Source: Neoconidiobolus thromboides FSU 785
Lineage: Eukaryota; Fungi; Entomophthoromycota
Direction: 5' to 3'
Assembly: GCA_025603075.1 (NCBI GenBank)
Contig: MU626333.1
Span: 29,239-93,238, forward strand
DNA: 64,000 nt
In this document: piece after piece, positions 24,502 through 37,480 of the stretch
Position numbering within the stretch: position 1 is the stretch's first letter
Layout of the letters: each line of letters starts with the position of its first letter
The notes under the pieces: generated by a model
What the model was told of the DNA's origin: nothing
Database searches by the model: none
What the model saw: the letters and a program-made list of their open reading frames with translations, nothing else
Translations under genes and position numbers: made by a program

Positions 24502-25592
24502 CTGAATAATAAATTGTTATTTTTATAAGATCCTTTATAAACTATATTACTATTATTCGATGTTTTATTTTATAAAGTCCTTTAAAAGTAATTTATATCT
24601 TATTATAAGTAGTTTTTAGATTAATAAAGCTAAACAATTATAATTTAATAGTCAAGGTAATCACTGTATAGTCAGTTTACTTAGAAGTTAATCACTATCT
24701 ATATCAATAACAACTACATGTGCATTTTATTATAACAGTAGGATAAGTTTGTAATAGATTTCCTTCTACCACAATTAAACAAACGTTTTGTTCTATTTTT
24801 ATTTAATAGACTAACTATTCTCAATGATTGTAAATTCGATTGTAGTTGATTTAACTTATTAAATATATTCAGATCTCTTATACCTAGCCCTATATATATA
24901 GTAGCTTAGTTTGTGAGTGGTATTGATTTGTTTTTTTCAGTGAAGAGTATCTTTATTTACACTTAGTAGTTAATATTGCAAGTATCAACCTTAATTCCAC
25001 AAAGAGTAGGCCTAAACAATCATTTAATTAATAAGTTACTATAACTAATGATTTTATTTTTTCTTGTAATTAATTTACTGAGTGCTTATCTATGTCAATT
25101 ATTCATTGTATGTTTTAATAAACAGCAAGTTACAAAAATGAATTGAAAGTAATAAAGTCATAGGCTGTAAGTAAAAACATAACCTCAATATTTTGGAATT
25201 AAATATCAAAAATCTTAAGATGGTGCTATAAAATGGAATAAATTTGACTATGAAATTAATTTAGGAATTAATATATTATTTAAAAATATGTGAGCAAGTT
25301 ATTAGTTAACAGTTCTTGATTTATTTTTTATTCATTAAAATAGAAGAAGTATTCAATAGAATTTTTATTTCAAACTTACTATTATTACATTTAATATTAG
25401 ATGAATCTAGCTACATCATCATTATCTTTAAATTATAAACAAGTTATCGTAATTAATTAATACACTAAAATACGAATTAGAAACAAATAAATAAATTTTT
25501 GAATCATAGTAATTTGGCACCCTATTATGGTTGCTACAGATATGTAAAAGTACTTTATATAAAACTATAAAGCGAAACTAATAACATAATTT

Positions 25593-25691
25593 GGAGATGT
25601 ATTTTTGTATTTGAGAATTTTACTAACAATTTTTCCACTCAAATAGTGCTTAAAAGATAGAAAAATAATGAAGCCAAAAAAAAACATCCTC
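25593..25691 (-). mobile_element. MITE family A copy
   Basis: TSD ATTT/ATTT. Confidence 0.88.
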
Positions 25692-26110
25692 ATTTGGATA
25701 AATAAAGTTAATTATCCATATTATTTCATAGCTTATCTATTAAATTTATATTAAAAATAAAAATGGCTTAAATATAACAATATTCCAGTAAAGATATTAG
25801 CATCATGTATTAAATAACAATAATTGAATATAAAGTTTTAAAAATTCACTAAAAAATTGCCTTAAAAAGTAAATAAAAAACAAAAAAATATATCAATATT
25901 TTTAAAGTGAACTCGTGGTATTAAAATAAATATATTGATATTTGAAAATATGAATTCATGCTGATAAAAGCACCAATATTAATGCTTTAACAAAAAACTT
26001 TGTATTAATAAAAATAAAAATCAATAGTATAAAAGGGATACAATTTCAAGAAGACAAAAGCATTAAGCAATTAATATAAATACAATAGTCTAAGTAAAAA
26101 CAGCTGAATC

Positions 26111-26386
26111 ATGTTCAAATTCTTCTTATTCTTCCTCTTATCTTTATACTTTGTTACTGGTTCTGGGATACTCAGAGCAGGTGTTAAATTAGGCACGGAG
26201 GTAGCCAAGGATTTAGCTCATCGTTATGTTGTCGGTAAAGCGGAAGATCAAATACCAAAGCCAAAGACAAATGTACCAAAACTTCCAGTATATAAACCAA
26301 CAAAATTAGGTGTTGAGCTATTCAATAAGTATCATAATAAGAAGTTCGGAAAGAGATGGGTTAAAAAGATCGTCAATAGTCTTTAA
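26111..26386 (+). CDS. Small secreted cationic amphipathic protein, paralogue 2 (91 aa)
   Basis: MFKFFLFFLLSLYFVTGS-GILRAGVKLGTEVAKDLAHRYVVGK...KKFGKRWVKKIVNSL; TATAAAA at 26028. Confidence 0.9.
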   Translation: MFKFFLFFLLSLYFVTGSGILRAGVKLGTEVAKDLAHRYVVGKAEDQIPKPKTNVPKLPVYKPTKLGVELFNKYHNKKFGKRWVKKIVNSL

Positions 26387-27259
26387 CTTAATAAAAATTT
26401 GATATTTTTGTTAGATTTGACTACATTTTATATTATTGCTATTGAATTCTAATTTTATTAAACGTTTATAAGTTCGACTTTTATCAAATGTAATTTTAAA
26501 GTTTTAGGATCAAAAAACCCCTTAACCTCGATGACCTAGAGTAGTTATTATGTGATGAGTTCGTTTATGAACTAGCCAAAAACTATGATGATGACTAATC
26601 ATTAATTACCTTTTAATATTACAGCGGAATCTGGTTTCCAGTAGATTGCTTAACATACAATCAGAAACAAATACTTTATGATCCGTTTATTATCTAACTA
26701 ACATCAGTCATTCCCGTTAACTACAGCTTTTAATTGAACTCAATCTGAGTTATTAAATACTTTTAGATATCTCATGACCAATCCTAGGATAACACAATAG
26801 TTTGAGTTTTAGGAAATACTGTTTTATTTTGTAAGCTCAAAGCTGCTTTGCACTGTGATATGTAATTAATGCTACTGATGATAAACCTGAGGTCTCATAA
26901 ATATTGGTGCAGAAACAACTATTCGCTTCAAATTTAGATTTTTCAAGAGGTTCTTATATCTAATGTATGTTAGCTCTTGACATGGTTTGTTTATTGAAGG
27001 TTTACATAAAAAACTTATTTAGTATTTTGATAAATGTTAGGTTATCGAGGCTGAATTGAAGACCATGAAATTATGGACTAGTACCAAAAATAAAACAAGC
27101 TTACTTTATTTCAAAATAGTATGATGGTAAAGAGGATTAAATTGTCAAATATAATAAATATAGTTTTGAAAGATACGTCGATTTTGACTTCATTACTTTA
27201 TTTCTCTTATGTTAAAATTTTAATATGACTATAAAACGGAATGATAAAAGTACAAAACG

Positions 27260-27358
27260 AGGGATATATCTTTTGTGTTTAAGAATTTTATCAAGAATTT
27301 TTTCACTTAAATAATGCTTAAAGGATCGAAAAAGTGATGAAGCCAAAAAAACGTCTCC
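27260..27358 (-). mobile_element. MITE family A copy
   Basis: Reverse complement of consensus; decayed ends. Confidence 0.78.
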
Positions 27359-28673
27359 AAATGAACTTTTGTGAAAGAGACTTTTTTCAATAAAGTGATA
27401 TACCAAATAAGGTGTTTTAGGTTCACCTATTAAACTATTACATGACAAGCAATCCCATTAACTTTTATTAAAAGTGGCTTATTTCTTTAAAATGCAATAA
27501 ATGTATATATTAAATAACAAGCTTTTAAAACAGCCAACACATAATAATCTAAAGGCTCTGTAAACAAACTATAAAGTGTTGCTATTAAATCAGTATTGAA
27601 AAAATTACTGGATATATTTTATTTTAAAAATATTTAGAAAACTGCTATAAAAAAATAACATAAGGCATTTACAAATAAAGAAATAAAAATAAAATTTTAA
27701 ACTTAACTTTATAATTGAGCTATTGATTAAGTTTGTCAAGAGTATTATAAAAATTGAAACTGTTGTATTAGAATATCATATAAAGTAAAAAGATTCGAAG
27801 TTATACAGACATCTAGTATGTATACTTATTTAGTAAGTTGAGTTGTTTATATAGGATTGAAGGATTAACATATCTAAGTAATTCACCTCAATTGTCCCAA
27901 ATTATTATATGAAAACTCCCTTTTTTTCTACTTCCGCAACCTATCATGTCCGTTTGAGTATACAAAGGAACAAATTTAAATGAGTTCAATATAATTTCTT
28001 ATCGTCTTTGGATGGTTTATAGGAAACTGAAAGTCTTCCCGCAATCTAATAGTTCCTACAAACACCTTGCTTACCTTTATGGTATCTTATCTCGCTCTAA
28101 TTTACAAATAGGTAAAAACGCTTAAAAGTTATAAATTGACTGTTTTAAGATTATTAAATTAATTAAAAATATTAAAATCTGAATATGGAAGTGGCATTTT
28201 CGTTTTAATATTCAACTAAAGATTATTTTAAAATTTATTTCAAAAGAATAAACAAAATATTGAAGATAGAAATGACATTACTATAAATAACCTTTATAGA
28301 ATAATAGATTGAATAATTTAATAAGAATGATTTAATAAGAATGATTTAATAAGAATAATAAATAAATAAAAATAAACAAAACAAAATATTCAAACTAGTT
28401 TCGTAAATTAAGAACTATATACATTTATGATTAAAAAAGTAAACTGGATGATTACTATAAAAGTAAATAAATAAATAATAAAAAATAAATTAATATTTTT
28501 AAATGAACTCGTAGTATTAAAGATAAAAATAAAATTAATACTATTAATATTTTGAAAAATGAATTCATATCAATGTAGGGAAAGCAGATAGTATAAAAAG
28601 CATCCGATTCATAAGAAATAAAAGTATCAATCAATATAGTATATAATAACTGATAGCTAACATTCATAAAATG

Positions 28674-28985
28674 ATGATTAAATTTTACTTATTCTTCCTC
28701 TTATTCTTATACTTTGCTGCTTCTTCTAGAACATCTAAAGTGATTAAAGCAGCTGAAGGAGTAGGGAAAATAATTACAGATCAAGTTCATAGCTTTGGAA
28801 CTGAAAAGTTGACAGGGAATTCAAACCGAAGACCAAGCTCACAATCAAAGATAAAAGTTCAAGTAGAGCCAAAGTCAACCCCAGTTCTACCAAAAGCATC
28901 AAAATCTGAAAAAGATTTCGTTCATAAGCATGGTTTCATGAACAAGAGCAGAAGCTGGATCCAAAAGATTGTTAATAAGCTCTAA
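28674..28985 (+). CDS. Small secreted cationic protein, divergent paralogue 3 (103 aa; alternative ATG at 28671)
   Basis: Signal peptide MIKFYLFFLLFLYFAASS; SKVIKAA... and C-terminal KSRSWIQKIVNKL; TATAAAAA at 28592; upstream region homologous to that of paralogue 2. Confidence 0.85.
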   Translation: MIKFYLFFLLFLYFAASSRTSKVIKAAEGVGKIITDQVHSFGTEKLTGNSNRRPSSQSKIKVQVEPKSTPVLPKASKSEKDFVHKHGFMNKSRSWIQKIVNKL

Positions 28986-29351
28986 TCTAATTTAATAAAA
29001 TTTTGATGCATTTAAGGGGTTGCTAATATTCGCTATTGTTTAAATATAAAATTACTTTTTGCAAGAAACTTCATATCAGTCTAATTTTGAAAAAAGAAGT
29101 TTAGATCCCTAGATTTAGATTGATAAATCAGTAGTCAAATTAATCACAACACAGAGGAATTTAATGAATTAAAAACTATGATGCCAGCTTAATTCAAAAT
29201 TGTATTATATAAAAGCAATAACTGTTCATCAATATATCTCTTACTATGATAATCAAACTTAATTATTTTATTTATGGTGCTTCATCAATCGATTTTGGTT
29301 ATCCTTATCTATTAATAGTCCTTTACTAAAAATTGATTTGAAACATTATAT

Positions 29352-29449
29352 GTAAGTGTTTTTTTCGGTTTCATTGTTTTTTCCATTTTTCAAGCGCTAT
29401 TTGAATAAAAGATTGCTAGTAAAATTCTTAAACAAAAGAATACATCCCT
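29352..29449 (+). mobile_element. MITE family A copy
   Basis: TSD ATAT/ATAT. Confidence 0.82.
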
Positions 29450-29812
29450 ATATATTACTTATTATGGCAGTTTATTGCAGTTCACAGCTAATTTATCAGC
29501 AAAATCCATCACATGATCAAATTATAAGTCTATAGTTGTTTGGTAGTAGAATTTTAATCAAGTTTTCAAGTACTTTGAAAAATTAAAAAAATCATTAATT
29601 AGAATATAACAATAATCAAATTATTTAAAAAATTCTAATGTTTATTAAGTTAAATAATATTAGGAATCTTCTCAATGCAATTTCTAATTTTCTTTTTTAT
29701 AGACTCATTATCATGTAGTGATTTTCAATAGTAAACTAATTCTAAATTGTGATACTTGCCTAATTGAAAAAATGCATTTGTTATTAAAGGAAAATAGACT
29801 CTTGCTACATCT

Positions 29813-29909
29813 GGGGATGTATTTTTATGTTTAGGAATTTTAGTGATAGTTTTTTCATTCAAATAGCACTTAAAAAATGGAAAAAGCGATGAGGCCAAAA
29901 AAACACCCC
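29813..29909 (-). mobile_element. MITE family A copy
   Basis: GGGGATGT...ACACCCC; TSD ATCT/ATCT. Confidence 0.9.
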
Positions 29910-31092
29910 ATCTCTTATTTTCACAATCAAGCGTTAGCATTTTATTTATACTATTCATATTATTTTTATCTAAGTGGCTTTAATTATTATCATTAATGTA
30001 ACAGTATTTTAGTCAAGTTGATCTTGGCTATTAACTACTTTTAGATCTTCCTTATCTACTTTTGCAGGTAATAGAATAGACTGAGTTATAGGTAACACTA
30101 GTTTAATTTTCAAGTAAACATAGCTTTCATTTACGATTTAACAATTTTCGTGTCAATAGTAATCTTAAAAGTCTATAAAGGATGTTGTACAAATAATTAT
30201 TTGATTTGAGTTTGAACTCTTGTAGTTATTATATCTCCTTTGTAGTTTATTTATCGATTATTTAAACAAGAATTTTGATTATTGAATTTATCATTAATTA
30301 ATAACTTACAGGAGTTACCTGGAAGTAATGGGTTCACAGCCAGCAATAAAAAGTAAAATCATAATATTCCAAAATAAAATAACAAAGCAAAAGGATTCAA
30401 TCATTATGATCAACGTTTGGTAAGCTCTATTTTATTATTTAAAAATTTAATCTTACCGAAAATTATTGACTTCAATTATGATTTTACTTTTTTGACTTCA
30501 AACTTCACTTTCTTTATTTGTCAACTTTTTACAATGACAAAAATGAACATTGTACAAATTGAATTTTGATAAAAAATAGAAATCATTATAATAAAATTAT
30601 ACATTAGCTAGAGAATTTGGCTTTGCCTTATAAAATGATTATATAAATAAGGCGGTTTTAATCAATACTTGCTTTATAAGTTATATAGCATTAGTCTAAT
30701 TTTTTTTGAATTTTTACTAACTTTAGTAACAAACAATTTTGCTATAAAAGATTATGTACAGATACTAATAGAGTAATAGTTGTTTTGTATAATTATCTTG
30801 TAATCGCCTTGAATTTCCTGTTATTATTTAAGAATTTTTATATTCCTATCTAGAGAGGAAAGCGTTTTATTTATATATAAGGAAAAAACCAAAAGAGGGT
30901 TTGTTGCTACATATACCACCCAAGATTTTAAACTGAACCAGGAAAAAGAAAAAGAAATAAGAAATAACATTAATAATTCTGAGGTACTAAGCATAGCCGC
31001 TTTACAACCCAAATACTATCTAGTAGCTGACACTTTGAATGCAGGGATCAAAAAGAATTGACTCGAATATTTTTTATCTTTAGAGGGTTTAT

Positions 31093-31181
31093 AAGGTAGT
31101 TTTTTGTTTAGCTTTAATTGTAGCCTTTCCACTCAAATAGCGCTTAAAAACGCAAAAAGCAATGAAACCAAAAAAACGCCC
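31093..31181 (-). mobile_element. MITE family A copy (decayed)
   Basis: ttccactcaaatagcgcttaaaaa...aatgaaaccaaaaaaacgccc matches the reverse consensus. Confidence 0.7.
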
Positions 31182-32124
31182 AATTAACAGAGAAAAGAGT
31201 AGGTGAGCCCTTTTTAAGTTAAAGCTTTCCGTCGTTTGATAGTCACTTTGATTGACAAGATTACTTTAGTCATGTTGTAATTCAGTTCTTTGAGATAGTA
31301 ATATATGATCTAAATGGCAGGACTAGCTATAGGTAGAAGAGCCGCTCTGATAACAAAAGGAAAGTGTCTTAAAAAAGGAGAACGAAAGCAAACATTCAAA
31401 CATACTAGATAATTGTTACTTGCCTATCTAATTATCTCATGAATATATATTCATGGTTTTATGAATGATTTTATTGGTTATATTGTAAGCACTTAGACTG
31501 CTGTTTTTAATTTTTTTGAATATTATTGTTATAAGTAGAAGCTTTCTATTTCAATAGTTTAATAAAAACTGAAATAGAAATAAAACAAAAACATGGATTT
31601 TGGTATTTATAAGTTTATAAAACGAGATAATATAAAGCAATTTATATTATTTCAAATGTTTTATATTATATAAATAAAACTTGATATTGTAAATGTTTTT
31701 TCCTGTCTCAATAGTTTGTTCATTTTATAAGCACTTAGAATTTGAATAGGTAAGAATAAAGAATATCATTATTTCCGAAGGTCATACTATTAATTCCGTA
31801 GGCAATTAATTAAATTTTATTTTTAAAGAAGCATAAATAATATAAATGATAACTTAAAAAATGTCTCGATTTCACATATTGAACACTTATTATCATTTAT
31901 TAATATTGAAAACGTAGGTTTTACAATTACTATAGAAAGTAAATGAAAAAGCAGTCATTGATGTTTATTGATAACTAATAAAACATTTCTCAATGATATA
32001 TTAAAACCTCTTATAAAATAATTGTATGATAATAAAGATACAAACAAAAAGCGTTCGATTCACAACAAAAATATGTAAATGATTATTATAATATTTAATG
32101 TATATAGTCAATACATACTGAAAC

Positions 32125-32397
32125 ATATTCAAATTTTACCTATTCTTCCTCTTATCCTTATGTTTTGGTACTACTTCTGCATTAATCAAAGCAAGTATTA
32201 AACCAAGCACTGAAGTATTTGAAGATTATCTTGTCATTCCACTATTGGTATAATAGAAAATTAGATATCAAATCAAAATAGTGGATACATCGTGTAAAGT
32301 GCTACTACCAAGAAAGTTAGATGTTGGGTTATTTAATAAGGCTCAAAAGGTTAGATTCAGGAAGAGATGGATTAAAAAGATTATCGATAGCTTTTAA
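32125..32397 (+). pseudogene. Pseudogene of the secreted-peptide family (paralogue 4)
   Basis: ATA in place of ATG, then FKFYLFFLLSLCFGTTSALIKASIKPSTEVFED; frameshift and stop in the middle; ends RFRKRWIKKIIDSF-TAA. Confidence 0.85.
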
Positions 32398-33022
32398 TCA
32401 ATAAAACCATTAAACTTTCAACACTTTTATTTGTATAGTTTAGATTATTAATTGTGTTTTAAAAAACTAAGTTTAATAAATTTTCGATTAGCATGACCAA
32501 AAAGAAACAAAAATTCATATTTCTTTAATAAGTAAACTTTGATGGCTTTCATTAACTAGTACTTTTCGATTAGATTGACTCGAGCTATTAAACACTTGTA
32601 AATCTCTCATTGCCAATCCTAAAGATAACATAATAAGTTGATTTGTAAGCGACATTCACTTGTATTGTAAGTGGGCTAATCTCATTGTGTTACGATCAAT
32701 AACTGACGTTATAGATACAACCTCAAGGCTTTTTAAAGAATAACATATAGAAATTGTTTAGCTCAACCAAATCCTTTAAAAAGCTTATTAAATGGATTTT
32801 TTTTAAAGAAATTAGCCTCAGGTGTTTCATTAACTAGGATAGAGATATAAATGCCAATGTCATGTAATTTAGAGACTATATCATTTAATGATACCATTCT
32901 GAAAGTGTAGGAGGTACAAGAAGAGAGTCCAAGCTTTTAGTATCCTTTTAATATTAAGAAAGATGGAATGTAAATTACTTGGACTATAATATGATTAACG
33001 CTTCTCATTAAAGGGAGAGAAG

Positions 33023-33487
33023 CGTGAAATATCGCTTTGTCAGCCCCATAGTTAATTATAACATAATAATCGCCTAAGTTGTCGTATTCTCGATTATAAA
33101 GACAATTAGTCCCATACTGTTATTCTGATTTGTTAAGAGAATTCCTATCTTCGTCTCAAAGAATATTCTCCCCTCGTTTTGATATTTATATTTATCGGAG
33201 TATAAAAGAGGTTCTAAAACATAATAGCTCGAGGCTTTTTAACTGAATTATTCCCTGATATCTCGAGCATTTAATAAAGCCGCTAAGTTTTCTTAATAGT
33301 ATTTTACGTAGATTTTTACATTAGTATTGTCTATTCTATTTATCTTATATAGCTTGTAACCTATTACGTGCTATTCTTCATAATCCAAGTCTATCTCAGT
33401 CACATAAACTAAGACCTTTCGACTTATAGTGTAGTTAACCCAGCAATAGCTGTTCTTGACTCCAAACACTGAGTACCAGATTTCACA
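33023..33487 (+). mobile_element. LTR (~465 bp), solo or 3' LTR of a decayed retroelement
   Basis: CGTGAAAT...ATTTCACA; nearly identical to 63666-64000 in reverse; internal TATAAAA (~33201) then AATAAA (~33273); preceded by purine run AAAGGGAGAGAAG; flanks GAAG/GAGG. Confidence 0.8.
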
Positions 33488-33656
33488 GAGGCATTTAATT
33501 CAAAGGAGGTATTTAAGAAGGCAGTTGGATAGATTGAAGAGAAGCAAAGCTTTTTATTTTTATATCTCATTACAAATTTGCTAAGTTAAAACCATATCAG
33601 GTGATAATATATTTTTTCTATTATATATATAAAGATATTAATGTAAAGGGGCTTAT

Positions 33657-33754
33657 AGAAGTGTTTTTTTTAATTTCATTACTTTTTCCATTTTTAAGCA
33701 CTATTTAAGCGGAAAATTTGTTAGTAAAATTCTTAAACACAAAAATACATCCCC
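33657..33754 (+). mobile_element. MITE family A copy
   Basis: TSD TTAT/TTAT. Confidence 0.85.
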
Positions 33755-34290
33755 TTATGTTATTTAAATATTAATTATAATAATAATAAAAATTAATACA
33801 TGAATATTTCTTTCTTTGTTTTGATATTATGACTATTTTTTAGACAGTTTAGGATTTGGAAATATTAAAACTAAAATATTAAATAAGAAACCATGTCCAT
33901 ATGCTATTATAAGAGTGAAATAACAGTAATGAAGGTGAAATAATAGTAAAAATAGGTGAATAAATTTATTGACTTAGTAGCTTATTTACCAAATTATATA
34001 GCCAGTGTGATTAAACAATACAAAAGTAAATAGCTTCAAAGAAATAAATCAGTTTCATAAATTAAGGGCCCATAGTTATTTATAATATTTTAAAGATAGA
34101 GTAGAGAATTACTATAAAAAGTAAATAAAAAATATTTCTTGGTAATTCTTTATATCGTGTTAATATTTCTAAACAGATAGCTTCCAACAATATGTTATTG
34201 GAAATAAAAAGTATAAAAAGGGTTCAATTCACAGTAAAAAAAATATACAATTAACATAAATAATAGTTATTAATCAATACATCTTATAAC

Positions 34291-34566
34291 ATGTTCAAAT
34301 TCTACCTATTCTTCCTCTTATCTTTATACTTTGTTACTGGTTCCGGAATACTCAGAGCAGGCGTTAAATTAGGCACAGAAGTAGCTAAAGATTTAGCTCA
34401 TCGTTATGTTGTTGGTAAAATGGAGGATCAGGTGCCAAAAGCAAAAACAGATGTGCCAAAAGTTCCAACATATAATCCAACAAAGCAAAGTATTGAAAAC
34501 TTTGATAGGATTAAAAAAGGTTCTTTTGGGAAAAGATGGGTTAAAAAAATCACTAATAGATTTTAA
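34291..34566 (+). CDS. Small secreted cationic amphipathic protein, paralogue 5 (91 aa)
   Basis: Mature N-terminus GILRAGVKLGTEVAKDLAHRYVVGK identical to paralogue 2; ends FGKRWVKKITNRF; TATAAAAA at 34212. Confidence 0.9.
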   Translation: MFKFYLFFLLSLYFVTGSGILRAGVKLGTEVAKDLAHRYVVGKMEDQVPKAKTDVPKVPTYNPTKQSIENFDRIKKGSFGKRWVKKITNRF

Positions 34567-35632
34567 CACAATAAAAATTCGATATTTTTTATAAATATAT
34601 GACCATGTTTTATATTGTTTTATAATTGTTTTTTTATTACAAAATGCCTTAAATTACGATTTCACGGTACCAAAGTTGGTATTAAAACTTTCGATAATAT
34701 CTGTAAGCTTGATACCCTAGGATATTATTATCTGATGAGTCCGTCAGTAGATTAATAAGTTACAAAACTAGGTTAATTAAAAAAGTATTTTATATGATTA
34801 TAAAACCCGACCCCATATACATCCAACACTATAATAACAAAATGTAAATATTTTACTTATAACATTTTAGCTAATTGATATTGATTATTTTCATTGATTG
34901 ATAGCCTTGAAATTGAAAAAGATTGGGGTTAGAAAATATTTCTAAACCTCTTATGAATAATTATAAGGGATATAAAAAAACGATTTATAAACAATATAGA
35001 TAATTTATAAAGTAGGGATTGTTTTAAGTTATTACTAATCATTAGTGTTGTTAGTATTGACCTTAGTTTTTTTGAAGGCTAAGTTTAAACTGACTGTTTG
35101 ATCTAATTTGTATACTTTAAGGACTTGTCATAGCTAGTACATCTTTACTTCTTTCGATAGCCTGTTCGTCAATAGCTATATACAATTATTTATTGAGTAT
35201 TTTAATAAATAGCAACTTACAGAACTGAGATAAACGAGATGGAATTATGGACTGGAATTAAAAATATAAATAACGTACTGTTTAAAAATAAAACGAATAG
35301 GAGATAAATAGTTCTATTCAGTAAGAAAACAAATTTAGTTTATGATTATGGTTTTGGCTATTAACTTTAAAACTACTCTCGATATTTATCAACTTTTTAA
35401 TACAATGACAAACATGTATGTTACATGATATAAAATTGAATTTTGATAAATAACGGAGATTATTTAAAAAAGTAATACGCTAACTAAAAGATTTGATTTT
35501 ACCTTATAAAACAATTTTTAAGCAATTTGCTTTATCAATACTTACTTTTAAGTTGTTTGCATTAAATGTACCTTTTTTTAAAGTTTCACAAATTCTAGTA
35601 GTAACAATTTAATTTTTTTTAAATAAATGTAT

Positions 35633-35724
35633 AGGGGTGTATTTTTGTATTCAAGAATTCTATTAACAATTTTTCCACTTAAATAGCGCTTAAAAAATGA
35701 AAAGGGTGAAGCCAAAACACCCCT
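35633..35724 (-). mobile_element. MITE family A copy
   Basis: Flanks GTAT/GCAT. Confidence 0.8.
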
Positions 35725-36722
35725 GCATATTAATAAAGGAATGAACATTTTAAATGACTACTTCATGGCTAACCTGAAATTCCTATCAATGCTGATAATT
35801 TTGCTTATAAAATCGATTAAAAATGTTATAAATATTTAAGTTATTGTGGTTAAAGTATTGGAATGCAATGAGATTCTGATCTTTTCTACTTTACCCTCAA
35901 TTTTTTCTATTAGTTTTTATTAGCAACTTCTCTATACCCTCACTACGTGCTGTTTCTTTCATTACATTTATAATATAGACGCCATAAATTGGGGTATAAA
36001 AATACTAATTTTGTCTAACTTAATTAGAAGCCGAGACAAGCAAATTTAAGTTGTTATCCGCTATCTATTCACTTTCTCCTAATAGTTTTCAGCCTCTCTC
36101 TTCCTCAAACTCAAAGCTTTCTTATTTTGATATTTATTTTATAAAGATCTTGCGAGTTCATCCTCTTTCAAGATGCTTTTAAAAAAATAAGAATGCCTTT
36201 TTTAAATATTTTGTCTATGTTAAGTAGCTTAAAATTCGAAACTACTATTAGTAAAGTTCCTAAATAAAAATAAAGTGATAAGCTGAATTATTAAATACAA
36301 AGAAATATAACAAATATATAAATGAATTAATGATTTTATTTATTTCCGAAAATTATCAATTAGGTTTTATATTAAAATAAGAAAAAAAAATTCTATTTTC
36401 ATGAATTAAGTACTCATAGTTATAAATGTTTAAGGTAAACTATACAATTTCTATAAAAGGTAAATTAGAAAATAATTCTCAATGGTGTATTAATATTTCT
36501 AGTATAATAGCCATTAATAGCACATCAATGTTCTCAATTAAATAATTCTTAATAATTAATTAATATTTGTTGCAAAATGATCCTTAACAATGTATTGAAA
36601 TAACTCTTAACGGTATATTGATAAAATTATAAAGTATGAAAAGCATCCAAATTAAAGAAAATAAAAGTATCAAACAATTTATATGATTTATATAACTAAT
36701 ACTAATTAGCATCAACCAAAAT

Positions 36723-36995
36723 ATGTTTGAAGTTTTTTTATTTTTCCTCTTATATATCTTTTTTGTCACTGGTTCCAGGCCACTTTAGAAATTAGGTAGG
36801 TTAGCGGTGGGAGTAGCTAAGAAGTACGCAATAGTTTAGCTCAAGGTAAATATACTTCTCAAATTCAATAATATAACACGTAGCTTTCAAAATCTCAAGC
36901 ACAGCATTTAACACTGGATAATCCTGCTTTTTTAAAAGGAATTAAGAAAAAAACTTAGGAAAAGATGAATTTAAAAAATTACTAATAGCAACTAA
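36723..36995 (+). pseudogene. Pseudogene of the secreted-peptide family (paralogue 6)
   Basis: ATG-FEVFLFFLLYIFFVTGSRPL-TAG premature stop, then KLGRLAVGVAKK; 3' end ...AAAAGA-TGA (W>stop)...AAAATTACTAATAGC matches the KRWxKKITNS terminus. Confidence 0.78.
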
Positions 36996-37382
36996 TGAAA
37001 ATTAGATATTCTTATTAATTCTAATTAGTCTCATAACTTATATATATATTTGGTTTTTTACTAGGTAGCTTTTTTTGATGATCAACTTTTAAATTATTTA
37101 CGTTAAAGGGCCTTATACTTAATAATTTAAAATAGTTGTTTGATAAACTACTAATAAATTTATACTGAGTTCTAATATTAGCCTAATAAAGTAACAATTT
37201 AGTTTAAAAGAAATATTGGTACAAGCACACTTTTGATCCCCATAAGCTAAGATAAAGTTATACTGATAAAACTCATGATAGTTAGACTTTGATAGTTTTC
37301 TTAAATAATAATTATTTGATTGAAATTGGTTTGGATTATCAGCTACTTTTAAATTCCTTATGCGTAATTCTATAAATGAAAT

Positions 37383-37480
37383 GAGAATGATTTTTTTGGC
37401 TTCATTACTTTTTCCATCTTTTAAGCGTTATTTGAACAGAAGAATTATTAGTAAAATTCTTAAACATAAAGATACTCCCC
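37383..37480 (+). mobile_element. MITE family A copy
   Basis: TSD AAAT/AAAT. Confidence 0.85.

Noticed and set aside
27212-27448. 78-aa minus-strand ORF (also 29725-29958)
   Set aside because: Both read through MITE A copies (GDVFLASSLF...KILKHK is the MITE translation); not genes.
27700-28120. Minus-strand fragments such as EVNYLDMLI resembling a Penelope-like RT
   Set aside because: Too short and stop-riddled to support without a profile search.
28313-28355. Short tandem repeats (14-bp x3 here; ~25-bp x2 near 12200-12250; ATATAAGC x3 near 16065)
   Set aside because: Ordinary slippage repeats in AT-rich DNA with no evident function.
30300-31012. Hydrophobic minus-strand segments (MIESFCFVILFW...IAGCEPITS; ORF 30824-31012)
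   Set aside because: Cannot assemble a coherent spliced gene, and part of the region is duplicated flank DNA.
32540-33022. Possible gag/pol remnant upstream of the 33-kb LTR
   Set aside because: No unambiguous RT, integrase or protease motif; only a purine run suggests a PPT.
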